From the NCBI GenBank assembly GCA_027923505.1, contig BROI01000023.1, positions 1 through 64,000 on the forward strand: DNA of 64,000 nucleotides, in the 5' to 3' direction. The translations under genes and the position numbers were made by a program. Shown piece by piece: positions 22,360-33,595 of this stretch. A model generated the notes under the pieces. The model searched no databases. It had not been told where the DNA came from and saw only the letters and a list, made by a program, of their open reading frames with translations. Origin of the DNA: Mayamaea pseudoterrestris (lineage: Eukaryota). How positions within the stretch are numbered: position 1 is the first letter of the stretch; every line of letters starts with the position of its first letter.

Positions 22360-25329
22360 CTAATCCACAAACTCGCTGGCGTCAGACAAACTCATCGTGA
22401 CGCTTCTGATTTCCTCCTCCTGATCCTCGGCCCTCAACTCTGGCAGCTCCACTCTTCCGAGTACGGGCTCTGTGCAGATGCGCTTGCAGCATTTAGATCC
22501 AGGCTCGTCCCCACTCATGCGCAGCATGCACGGAAGGCACGTGCCGCAATTTTCTTTCATAGTACAACCAGTGCACAGTTCACATGCAAAATACCTGTGC
22601 CGCAGCCTGATTTGCTCAGGTAAGCGTTTCCGACTTGACGTTTGCGCCAAGATAGCGCTTGCTTTCTTGGCCGCCGATTTTGCACCGCCACGCATTGAGC
22701 GTATGTTCGCTCTATCCGCATCAGCGTCAAAAACACTCCTTTCGCGAATCGCTCTTTTTTTAGTTGACTCTTCAAGCTTCATTGGAACAACATCTGTTGT
22801 TGATAAAATCAACGCTCTATTTGCTTTATGCATCCCATGCATCCCAGGTTGTACTAGTGCAGCTTGCTTCTTTGGTCGCCCTGGACTCTTCTTCACCCTA
22901 ATTGCAGCTTCATCGGCAGGTGGACGCACAAAAATGTTGTTAAGCGATTGCGTTTGTCCACTTGTCGTCTTCGACAGCTTCACTGCTCCCGAAAATTCCC
23001 AGAGGCCAGTATATTCATTCCATTGGCGTCCTTCAGGTGCGCGTCCTTTCGGGCGCACGAAAGTTCCATCAGACGACAGCGCTGGCGGCTTCTTCGGTGA
23101 CAATGAAAAATTTGCGACAATCTGATTTCGGCTTGTACCATGTCCAGCCTCGCCAAGCACACCAACATCGTTCGTCGATACACGAGAACGCTTCGCATCA
23201 TGCTTGTCGTCATGCCGGATCTTCGGCCTTCCTCGCTTACGTTTTGCAACAATTTTGTCATTGTCATCGTCAGAGCTCTCTGATGCTGCTGTCAATGTAG
23301 CTTCCAAACCCGATCGTGGCTTGCCATGGGAGGGTACAACAACGAGGCGATCTCGCTTCATATTCTTCTTTTGCGACGTAGTTAGTCTACTATCCAGCAA
23401 ATGAATCGTAGTTGAGTCTGGCTGCCAAACACCTTTATCATCATCCCACTCAAATCCCAACAAGCTTCGACCCTTGGGACGGCCATAGCCTCCATCGTCA
23501 CGTCGACGAGGTGACGATTTCGGTACAACGCAACCATCCGCAAGCAATCGATTGGTACTTATTGCCATTTGGATATTCTTTTCCACCTTTTCAATGTATT
23601 GATCCGTGACGAAAGCACGCTCGCTTGTTTCTTGTTCATTCGAATGCTCAGCCGATAATTCATCGTCCGACGATTCAACTCCAGCAGCTTGACTGAACAG
23701 TGCCTTTCGTTTGCTAGACGCATGCGTATGGAGTGCCTTTGGCGGAGTAGATAGATTTGTCGCCAAAGTGTCGGTTGCTGGGCGTTGTCGTTTTACGCCA
23801 CTGCTGTTGCCTGCCATTTTATCATATTCGATCCTCAACACCTCCAAGGTGTTTGGCTTGGCTTCCCAGTGTCCCTTTACTTCGTCCCAACAAAAGCCTG
23901 CGAGAATGAGTTCCGGCCGAGCAAAAGTGCCATTAGGTAGTTTCGTCAACTGACCCTTTGGGACGATGCGACCGTCCTTTCGTCTGCGATGGTTCCGCTT
24001 TAATTGTCGAATGACTTGGCGGGCCTTGGCCGAATCGAAAGTATCGTTGTCGGGAATATTTTTCAATACATTGGCATTACTGCCTCTGTCGGCCTTTCCT
24101 TCTCCAACAAGAAGAGCGTTATGTTTGCTTGCAGTTGCCACGTTTGCTGGATACTTGCGCTTGAGGTGTACATAGCTAGCTGCGTCAACTTTTGCAAGCA
24201 AAGGAATGGTTTCTGGCTGAGGCGTCCACTTGGCCGTAGTCTCGTTCCAGTAAAAGCCAGAACGAGCCGGTCCCCTCGGTTGCGCAAATGTTCCGTCCGC
24301 CTTGATCACCGGAGGATTTTTGGGAGTAATGCATCCATCCTTTGATAGGCGATTTTCCCGACGCGCTCGTTCAATCGTTTCGCGAATTGTTGTTTCATCA
24401 CCCAAGTCTTGGTCGCCAGTATTTAGTTGCTCTCTCGATTCATTTTTAGCGCGACTGGCTGCAATGTTCTTTTTATGGCTCTTTGTTTGCTTGCCAGATT
24501 CTGTTCCTTGTTGCGCAGATTCTGAAGCAGCTCGTTCAACCATTTCTCGAATTGCAGTTTCTACGAACAAGTCTCGGACGCTAGCATTTGGTTGCTCGCT
24601 AGATTCATTCTTGGCGCCATTGGCTGCAAAGTCTTGGTCGCTATTAGTATTTGGTTGCTCGCTAGATTTATTCTTGGCGCGATTGGCTGGAGAAATCTTT
24701 TCTTTGCTCTTTGTTTGCTTGCTGGATTCTTTTTCTTGTTGCGCAGATTTTAAAGCAGCTCGTTCAATCGATTCGCAAGTTGATGTTTCGTCGAACAAGG
24801 CTTGGTCGTCATTTGGTGGCTCGCTAGGTTCATTTTTAGCGCCACTGGCTGCAGCGTTGTTCGTTTCGCTCGTTGTTTGCTTGCCAGATTCTTTTCCTCG
24901 TTGCGCAGATGTTGTAGCAGCCATCTCTTTCGTTCCAGAGCCAGAGCTACCGTCATGCACTTCCTCCGTCTCGTTCTTGCTCTTGTCTGGCGACTGATTT
25001 ACTTGCTCCAGCTGCGACGGCTGCTGTTGCTCTCTGATTGATTGTTTGCTTTGTCTAGTAGTCTTTGATGCAGCTTTACTCGTCGACGCCGCAGCCGCCA
25101 CCATCGTTTGCCCTGTCGCAGCATCGAACGCATACTTTACGGGCGTTCCATTGATTTCCCGGTTTCGCTTGGTCGCGTCCACCTTTTCGTTGGAGAGTCT
25201 TGGAATCCCATTGTGAGCCAAGGTGGCAAGCTGCTGCCAGGAAGGAACGTTGCGAAGTTGCTGCGGTTCGCTCTGCTGTGCAAGCAACGGTTCCTGATTA
25301 CTCTCTATTTCCATATGTTGATTGCTCAT
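22360..25329 (-). CDS. Probable chromatin protein: 4x Trp/Gly repeat, AT-hooks, C-terminal CXXC-type zinc finger
   Basis: 989-aa ORF with AT-hook-like KRKRGRPK and KSPGRPKK, and C-terminal CELCTGC-x5-CGTCLPC...KCCKRIC. Confidence 0.75.
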   Translation of the reverse strand: MSNQHMEIESNQEPLLAQQSEPQQLRNVPSWQQLATLAHNGIPRLSNEKVDATKRNREINGTPVKYAFDAATGQTMVAAAASTSKAASKTTRQSKQSIREQQQPSQLEQVNQSPDKSKNETEEVHDGSSGSGTKEMAATTSAQRGKESGKQTTSETNNAAASGAKNEPSEPPNDDQALFDETSTCESIERAALKSAQQEKESSKQTKSKEKISPANRAKNKSSEQPNTNSDQDFAANGAKNESSEQPNASVRDLFVETAIREMVERAASESAQQGTESGKQTKSHKKNIAASRAKNESREQLNTGDQDLGDETTIRETIERARRENRLSKDGCITPKNPPVIKADGTFAQPRGPARSGFYWNETTAKWTPQPETIPLLAKVDAASYVHLKRKYPANVATASKHNALLVGEGKADRGSNANVLKNIPDNDTFDSAKARQVIRQLKRNHRRRKDGRIVPKGQLTKLPNGTFARPELILAGFCWDEVKGHWEAKPNTLEVLRIEYDKMAGNSSGVKRQRPATDTLATNLSTPPKALHTHASSKRKALFSQAAGVESSDDELSAEHSNEQETSERAFVTDQYIEKVEKNIQMAISTNRLLADGCVVPKSSPRRRDDGGYGRPKGRSLLGFEWDDDKGVWQPDSTTIHLLDSRLTTSQKKNMKRDRLVVVPSHGKPRSGLEATLTAASESSDDDNDKIVAKRKRGRPKIRHDDKHDAKRSRVSTNDVGVLGEAGHGTSRNQIVANFSLSPKKPPALSSDGTFVRPKGRAPEGRQWNEYTGLWEFSGAVKLSKTTSGQTQSLNNIFVRPPADEAAIRVKKSPGRPKKQAALVQPGMHGMHKANRALILSTTDVVPMKLEESTKKRAIRERSVFDADADRANIRSMRGGAKSAAKKASAILAQTSSRKRLPEQIRLRHRYFACELCTGCTMKENCGTCLPCMLRMSGDEPGSKCCKRICTEPVLGRVELPELRAEDQEEEIRSVTMSLSDASEFVD

Positions 25330-25565
25330 GATTAAAAAAAATCAATATTTAGTTGCTGGCCTTGAACAATCAGAATGAAAGTTCCAAAGGCAAAGATCTC
25401 ATGCCATGAGAAGCAAATGCCGGTCGCGCGTGTCGTCGCGAAAGCTTTCAAAGTCGCAGTGAGAACCGTTACGACTCTTTCTGCCACTCGTTCCATCAAC
25501 CGTTCATTCTTCCAAATCTCGCCGTCGCCGAGCAGCACAGCAACGACAGCAAGCGCACCGCCGCC

Positions 25566-27596
25566 ATGGCCGAAGAGTCATCTCCATCACCCGCTAACAA
25601 GCGAGCCAAAACGATTGATCTTGATGAAGTCTGCAAAGATGCGTTTGCAGGATTCCGATCATTTCTAGACTCTTGTGTACCCGAGAATCCCGAAGGCGAC
25701 TTTGACGAGCTGTTGAACATATTGCAATTGCTTCGAGACTCCAAATTCACAGGATCCTTTGACATTATCGATAATCCCAAGTCACTCGTTGACTTGCTAC
25801 CCGCGCTGCAAAGCGTTGTCGCAACGCTAGTTGCCGACGAACTCATGGCGCAATACTTGTGCATGCCGGCCGACGACGAAAACGAGGAACGCGAGCAACT
25901 TGACGTTCAGATTCGCCTCATGCTGCAAACCGCTCTAGACTGCATGCCCATCAATGCCTTGGTTATGAACATTTGCGCCAATACTGCTCGCATGACGCAG
26001 TCGCTGCCGCTGGCCAGTGTGGCGCGCCTCTACATGTTTGCGGCGGACTGCGCGTCCGATGTGCGCGTGCGGGCCATGGATTGGTTGGACGATGACTCGT
26101 CCATTAAGAATGATAGTGTCAAGGAATGGATTGAAATATTGCTGCTACAGCAAGTCACGGGAGTGCAATGGATGGGAGGTGCTGACAAGGACGAGGATGA
26201 ATCAAACGGAGACGAAGCTGATGCAAATTCGGAACCGCATGATAAGCCAAACGGAAACAAGGAAGAAGTAAAGGAATCTGCCGACGAAGATGCAGAAGAC
26301 GAGGAGGAGGAATATTGGTCGTCTTCAATAGTCGAGTCGACCGCACGCTTCATGGCGGCGACGCTGCTTAGTATGTTCAACGAGCATGAATTGGCAAGAC
26401 ATCAGCTCCAAGTGTTTGACTTGACGCACCGGCTCCATCCAAACGTTTGGAAGGGCGCCACAAAATTCTCAGACGTCAAACTATCTCCGGTCGATCCCAA
26501 TCAACTAGAACCAGCCTTGTTTCCCAAGAATGTATTGCCGGACAAGTTATATCAGCGTTTATGCAAAGTGTTTGCTCATGACGCACCATACTGGAAGGAG
26601 AGCAGCTACGAGCAACGAGGTTACTACTCGTACTATAGCGATTTGCCAGAGTCAGACGATGCGCAGCCCAGCAATCTGATTGAAAATATTATATGTACGG
26701 AGATACTTCCACTCGTTCAGCAACGTTTGTCCCAGGAGCAAGCCGACTCCATTGTTGGTTACGAGTGGTGGGTCCACACTCGTCCCATCCAAGCCAATCT
26801 TGGACACAATCTACACTTTGACACGGATGAGTCCATGCTGCGGCAGTCGCAAAAGGTGACGCATCCAATATTCTCCAGCGTTTTATATTTGACGGGTGGT
26901 GCCAAGAGCGGCGCCACCATTGTGCTGGACCAAACGCCAGATTCCGATTCGCTGCCAGAAAAGTGTTGGTATCAAAAGGCGAGCGACAACTCCATGCTAC
27001 TGTTTCCCGGCAATCTGCTGCATGGCGTCATGCCTTGTCCAGGCAATTTAGACGCAACCTCGCTAGCCAATAATGGTTCCATGGTCCAGGGCAGGCGTCC
27101 AAACTTGAGTGAATGGTTGGAAAAACCCTTGACGCGTTCTGGAAAAGTGGAGGAGCACCGACTGACGTTCATGGTCGGCTTTTGGACACGACGCGTGCCA
27201 GACACAATGGAAAGTCAATCGTTGTATGGTCCCTGTGGACCATTACCTCCCAACACACCGGAACATTCCTGGGTGGAGCAGATTTGCGAAGGATACAATG
27301 ACGGAAATGAGTTACCTGCCGAAGCAATAAGGCGCCGCATTCAACCGCTTCCAGTGCCACAAATCTCTCCAGTGTGGGAAGCATTAACATGCCAGCCATT
27401 CGATCCTCCGTTGGTCTTCCCTCGCATGATGAATCACCGGTTTTTTGTCAAGGACGCCCCAAAATGCTTTCATGACAGTCTCTTTGAGCGCGATGAGTCT
27501 GACGAGGAGGACGGCGATGATGGCCACTACCACGTACATGATCACCACCACGATCATGATCATGACGGAGGGTGCGGCTGCCAAGAGAGTTTATAA
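25566..27596 (+). CDS. 2OG-Fe(II) oxygenase-like protein with a His/Asp-rich tail
   Basis: EWWVHTR, GHNLHFDTDE (HxD), SSVLYL, FPGNLLHGV (distal His), RLTFMVGFW. Confidence 0.75.
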   Translation: MAEESSPSPANKRAKTIDLDEVCKDAFAGFRSFLDSCVPENPEGDFDELLNILQLLRDSKFTGSFDIIDNPKSLVDLLPALQSVVATLVADELMAQYLCMPADDENEEREQLDVQIRLMLQTALDCMPINALVMNICANTARMTQSLPLASVARLYMFAADCASDVRVRAMDWLDDDSSIKNDSVKEWIEILLLQQVTGVQWMGGADKDEDESNGDEADANSEPHDKPNGNKEEVKESADEDAEDEEEEYWSSSIVESTARFMAATLLSMFNEHELARHQLQVFDLTHRLHPNVWKGATKFSDVKLSPVDPNQLEPALFPKNVLPDKLYQRLCKVFAHDAPYWKESSYEQRGYYSYYSDLPESDDAQPSNLIENIICTEILPLVQQRLSQEQADSIVGYEWWVHTRPIQANLGHNLHFDTDESMLRQSQKVTHPIFSSVLYLTGGAKSGATIVLDQTPDSDSLPEKCWYQKASDNSMLLFPGNLLHGVMPCPGNLDATSLANNGSMVQGRRPNLSEWLEKPLTRSGKVEEHRLTFMVGFWTRRVPDTMESQSLYGPCGPLPPNTPEHSWVEQICEGYNDGNELPAEAIRRRIQPLPVPQISPVWEALTCQPFDPPLVFPRMMNHRFFVKDAPKCFHDSLFERDESDEEDGDDGHYHVHDHHHDHDHDGGCGCQESL

Positions 27597-27642
27597 CAAG
27601 AATAGTAGCAACTTGTATATAACATGAACATGATATATTATT

Positions 27643-28929
27643 TTACTGGCGTATTGCTCTTGAAAATTCTTTAAACAAAACACTAAACAAGAGAGCCCGA
27701 CTGGCGAGAGCAGCAACCGTGGTCCCTGCCCAGACTCGCATCTTTGCCTTGCTCTCGTTGACGGTGAGTGCATCTGCAGCCGATGCTGCGGCAGTTTCGT
27801 CGCGAACGCACACATCAACGACGGCTTGCACTGCAAGAGCTTGATACACCGTCACGAGCAATGAAGAGATCATCCGATTAGTTTCACTGCCAGCAGATGA
27901 TGATTCCCATGTATGCAGGAAAAGGGTCAAGAGGTAGAAACTCGTCGGAAGTACCCACGCCAGTATGAGCCTCGGAAGCAGCTGCACGTCAATTTCTAAA
28001 CCATTGGCCGTGTCGCTTGCATCAACAACTGTAGACGGTCGATAACATTTCACAAGTCGCTTCAGCGCCAAGTAGCTTGAACATACGAGAGCGGCGAGCT
28101 GCCCAAGAAACCGTAGTGTTAGCCCGGCAAGTCGAAGAGGCTCCCAGCTCATTTCTCCGTGATTTTGATCATCGTCCAAGTCGCCGGTTTCGCTCGTCTT
28201 GATCCATAAGACAGCTTGTAGGAAGCTTGACATTACGCAATACTGAAGAACAAGGTCGGCTGCCGCCGTTGGCACTGACCCAGCCTTTGGAGTTGGATGG
28301 CAGGTTGGTTTGTCGGTGGGCGGTTTTAGCGGTCGGGTAGCTATCCAACTATTGCCTGCACACCACTGTCGTAGCTAACAGCTTGTGCGGGACCTGTTCG
28401 CACGAGACTCTTCGTAGTTCGCAAGAGACAGTGGTTGGGTAGCTATCCGTCTATTGCCTACACAGGCGTCACGCGTACTGTTCGCAATGCAGGGTAGCTA
28501 TCCGACATAAAGATGTCGCACTGGTGTTACTCACTCACACACGCACGCACACGAAAAACTTTTAACTCACTGAGCCCGTTCCGGGTCAGTGATTGTCATC
28601 ATAGCATCATCTTGCCTCCTTTTCAATAACCTTTGTTCCTCCTGTAGCTGCCACAGAAAAACGTTTCCATTCCAAAGAACATGCCGAAAGGCGGCTTGTC
28701 GCAGCAATATCAGGTCTAAAACCACAAGCAGCCACTCGGGCTCACAGTAAGGATCGACCGTTTCATGACAACAACTGCAATCCGCTAGTTTCACATTGGT
28801 CGAAGCACTGCTATTCTTGTTGTTGCTATTCTCTCGTCCTCCTCCAGCATGCAGGCGACGAAACAAGAGAGGATTCGGCGTCAGGCAGTGGATGCAGCGA
28901 AAGGATCGATTCATCTTTGCGTTCGTCAT
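27643..28929 (-). CDS. Arv1-like membrane protein, split by a probable intron (donor GTGAGT at 28570; acceptor uncertain, possibly TAG ending 28349)
   Basis: The 5' ORF has the Arv1-type zinc motif RCIHC...DCSCC..VDPYCEPE..VLDLILL..AFRHVL. The 3' ORF 27643-28275 has several hydrophobic helices. Confidence 0.65.
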
Positions 28930-29133
28930 GATGAGGATGATAAAGCTCGTTCATCAACCGAGATGCTTGCCTAGTATAGGGGAGGACAGCGACGGCAGCA
29001 AATTACAGCTTCCCAAGATTATCATCATGGTTCGCACGATCGCGATTTTCTATTCTGAGTCCCGGGGCGACACTAGCTACCCGCCGTTTCCTTGTCCGTT
29101 TCTATTTGTTAGCAGGCTAGCAACAGTTTATTT

Positions 29134-30721
29134 CTACGCTTCCTCTTCCTCGTCATCTTCTAAATCTGCTCCATCCACTTTTTCGCCTTCCGTTTCCAAT
29201 TGAAAGGCTGTACTTCGAATGCTTTCATCCGCCAAGACGTCCCGCCGCACCATGTCACACATGATCGATAGTCGCAGCGTCCCTTGAAACGGATCCTCAA
29301 TGCGGACACCAATCTCGTAGACGCCAAACAAGAGCCAAGACACAAGAAATATAATGGGACCCGTTCCGCCCTGCAAGTCTTTGACGACGGCAAAGGGCAA
29401 GGTGAATAACCAAAGGGTCAATGCGCGGAGCGTGTGCCTGGCGTAGTTCAGCGGAACAACCGTCTGATGTATCCGCTCTGAGCCTCCAATGCATCGTGAC
29501 AGCTGTATGTTTCGAAAAAGTATGTGTCAATGATTAAAATTCAATCGTTTCTACACAAAACAACCAATAGCACAACCATATATGTACCTTGTTGATATGA
29601 TCAATAATGAGTAGTCGCTCTCGATTCAAAAAGTTTGGTTGATCCGGCACCATACAAATCTCCTTGGCCATGCGATCGCACACCCACAGTGGTCGGTTTT
29701 GCGCCCGAGCGCACTTCTCCAGTGCTTCTGGCGGCAACAGTCGCCACGGCAAACTCCGCTTGTCAACCCAATACAATGGACGAGTCTTGCGGCGACTTTT
29801 GCCAGTAGTTTCCTCCGTTTGCGCAACAGCAGCTGCTTCATAGTCCATGTCTTTTGGGCCAGTGTCTTGGTAAAGTAGAATAGTGTTGGTTGGATCGCGC
29901 TCGAACTGTTCATCGTCAAGTCGCTTCATGACCAAGTTTGGGCGAATCCGATGGCGTAGCAAGTAGGGAAAGGCTGCTAATAGGCTCTGCATGCGCCGGC
30001 GCTTGTCCATACCAATTTCATTCTCATAAAGCATTAACATTCTAAACAAGTCTCGTGATGTATTGACAATAACTTCCCATATTTGTCGACCTTCCGCAAA
30101 TCGCTGGTAGGCAGAGTTTGTTCGAAAAACGAGCAACAAACCGAGAGCACTCATCATGAGTGAATGAGGAGCTGAAGGAATATACAGTCTTGCGGCGGCT
30201 GCAGGGTTTGTTTGCAGAAGCTTGCGATGGACAATCGACAGAAAGACTCCCCATGAAGTTAAACAAAAGACTGGACTTCGAATGTCTTTCAATATTCCCG
30301 AAGATGGTAGCGTAATTGTATTGTGGAACCAATCCTTGCTCGAGTATCGTTCACTTCGGGCAACGCCTCCAAGCTCCACAGCTTCGCGCATGTAAACTTT
30401 ACTCGTGCCGCGAGGCTTGCCGGTGAGTAACCAGCCAATCCAGCTGTCCTTTTGGTCGTTGCTGTGCTTGACATCATCCGTTAAATCCTCAATGACAGCC
30501 TTTCCGGTGCTCCCAAATGAAGACGATATTGGTGATGATAGTAGCTGCAGTGTTCGTATTCGTGGTGGTATTCTCAGAAAGGCTTCACAGGCCTGCATGT
30601 GTAAAAGGTGCGCTAGCAGAAGGACGACTGATGACTGCTGCCATTGCCGCCTTCTTGTTGTAACATGAAGTGTCTCGCTGGGATTGATCACTTCCTCTTT
30701 CAAAAGAGACAACCTTGTCAT
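29134..30721 (-). CDS. Bestrophin-family (UPF0187/BST-like) anion channel, probably plastid-targeted; intron 29503-29587
   Basis: LGLLLVFRTNSAYQRFAEGR. The splice INK|LSRCIGGSERIHQTVVPLNYARH continues to EIGVRIEDPF. A signal plus CEA-F resembles the diatom ASAF cleavage motif. Start codon uncertain. Confidence 0.9.
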
Positions 30722-30887
30722 GAGCGTGCTAAATGTTGATAGTATTCTATACAATAGTAACGTCAAGGAGAAGGATCGTTGATTGCCTTTTACTACTACT
30801 TGGTTGGTTGACTCGAATTTCCTGCGTCGAGACGATGGATGACGCACCGGTTATGGCCACAAAAAAAAGTACGGCTACGTCGTAGTC

Positions 30888-33439
30888 GTAGGCCATACCC
30901 ATGGTGTGAGCCTCCAGGCAGTCCGTTTTGCACCATTTCAGACCATCCTCATGTCAATGGCACACCCTGGACATGTTTTGCCTGATTCATTGGGTTGTTG
31001 GGTGGCCAGGGCATGGGGCGTTTGACAGGTCAGAATCTGCAACTTGTGGTGCTGGCCATACCCACATTGGAGGCCGTACCCATGGTGTCAGCCTCCAGGC
31101 AGTCCTTTTTGCACCGTTTGAGACTCTGCACCTGTCAATGGCATACCCTGGACATGTTTTGCCTGACTCATTGGGTATTTGGGTGGCCAGGGCATGGGGC
31201 ATTTGAGAGGTCAGAATCTACAACTTGTGGTGTTGGCCATACCCACAGTGGAGGTGGGCCGTACCCATGGTGTCAGCCTCCAGGCAGTCCTTTTTGCACC
31301 ATTTGAGACTCTGCACCTGTCAATGGCATACCCTGGACATGTTTTGCCTGACTCACTGGGATGTTGGGTGGCCAAGGGACGGGGCATTGTAGTGGTATGA
31401 TTCCATAATTTGGGGTGTTGGCCACACCCAGCCTGCAGACCATTCCATGGTGTAGGCCTCCCGGCAGTCCGTTTTGCACCATTTCAGACCATCCTCATGT
31501 CAATGGCACACCCTGGACATGTTTTGCCTGACTCATTGGGTATTTGGGTGGCCAAGGCATGGGGCGTTTGACAGGTCAGAATCTGCAACTTGTGGTGCTG
31601 GCCATACCCACATTGGAGGCCGTACCCATGGTGTCAGCCTCCAGGCAGTCCTTTTTGCACCGTTTGAGACTCTGCACCTGTCAATGGCATACCCTGGACA
31701 TGTTTTGCCTGACTCATTGGGTATTTGGGTGGCCAGGGCATGGGGCCTTTGAGAGGTCAGAATCTACAACTTGTGGTGTTGGCCATACCCACAGTGGAGG
31801 TGGGCCGTACCCATGGTGTCAGCCTCCAGGCAGTCCTTTTTGCACCATTTGAGGCTCTGCACCTGTCAATGGCATACCCTGGACATGATTTGCCTGACTC
31901 ACTGGGATGTTGGGTGGCCAGGGCACGGGGCATTGTAGTGGTATGATTCCATAATTTGGGGTGTTGGCCACACCCAGCCTGCAGACCATTCAATGGTGTA
32001 GGCCTCCCGGCAGTCCGTTTTGCACCATTTCAGACCATCCTCATGTCAATGGCACACCCTGGACATGTTTTGCCTGATTCATTGGGTTGTTGGGTGGCCA
32101 GGGCACGGGGCATTGTAGTGGTATGATTCCATAATCTGGGGTGTTGGCCACACCCAGCCTGCAGACCATTCCATGGTGTAGGCCTCCAGGCAGTCCGTTT
32201 TGCACCATTTCAGACCATCCTCATGTCAATGGCACACCCTGGACATGTTTTGCCTGACTCATTGGGTTGTTGGGTGGCCAGGGCACGGGGCATTGTAGTG
32301 GTATGATTCCATATTTCGGGGTGTTGGCCACACCCAGCCTGCAGACCATTCCATGGTGTAGGCCTCCAGGCAGTCCATTTTGCACCATTTCAGACCATCC
32401 TCATGTCAATGGCACACCCTGGACATGTTTTGCCTGACTCATTGGGTTGTTGGGTGGCCAGGGCATGGGGCATCCTAGTGGTATGATTCCATAATTTGGG
32501 GGTGTTGGCCACACCCAGCCTGCATACCATTCCATGGTGTAGGCCTCCAGGCAGTCCGTTTTGCACCATTTCAGACCATCCTCATGTCAATGGCACACCC
32601 TGGACATGTTTTGCCTGACTCATTGGGTTGTTGGGTGGCCAGGACACGGGGCATTGTAGTGGTATGATTCCATAATTTGGGGTGTTGGCCACACCCAGCC
32701 TGCATACCATTCCATGGTGTAGGCCTCCAGTCAGTCCGTTTTGCACCATTTCAGACCATCCTCATGTCAATGGCACACCCTGGACATGTTTTGCCTGACT
32801 CATTGGGTTGTTGGGTGGCCAGGGCACGGGGCATTGTAGTGGTATGATTCCATAATTTGGGGTGTTGGCCACACCCTGCCTGCACACCAATCCATGGTGT
32901 AGGCCTCCAGTCAGTCCGTTTTGCACCATTTCAGACCATCCTCATGTCAATGGCACACCCTGGACATGTTTTGCCTGACTCATTGGGTTGTTGGGTGGCC
33001 AGGGCACGGGGCATTGTAGTGGTATGATTCCATAGTTTAGGGTGTTGGCCACACCCAGCCTGCAGACCATTCCATGGTGTAGGCCTCCAGGCAATCCATT
33101 TTGCACCATTTCAGACCATCCTCATGTCAATGGCACACCCTGGACATGTTTTGCCTGACTCATTGGGTTGTTGGGTGGCCAGGGCATGGGGCATCCTAGT
33201 GGTATGATTCCATAATTTGGGGTGTTGGCCACACCCAGCCTGCAGACCATTCCATGGTGTAGGCCTCCAGGCAGTCCTTTTTGCACCATTTGAGACTCTG
33301 CACCTGTCAATGGCATACCCTGGACTGGTTTTGCCTGACTCATTGGGTTGTTGGGTGGCCAGGGCATGGGGCATCTGACAGGTAAGAATCTAAAACTTGC
33401 GGTGTTGGCCATACCCACAGTGTACCGGTAGGCCATACC
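30888..33439. repeat. Tandem satellite, 180-185-bp unit, 14 copies, including a 546-bp trimer repeated twice
   Basis: ATGGTGT anchors at 30901, 31082, 31267, 31447, 31628, 31813, 31993, 32173, 32353, 32534, 32714, 32894, 33074 and 33254. Confidence 0.97.
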
Positions 33440-33595
33440 AAAGTTGTAGCAAGAGGTGTTACGACTCCATCCTTAAAAAAAGGAATTACACTCTCATAAA
33501 TAATAGACTATAGAGTAAGGCTTGTATACAATGAATAATTGCTTCATGTAACATATGGATGGATGGCCTGCAATTACTGCAGAGATTGGTGGCAG

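Noticed and set aside
30928..33436. ORFs on both strands of the 180-bp array
   Set aside because: They are repeat translations with frames broken by 181/185-bp units and by stop codons.
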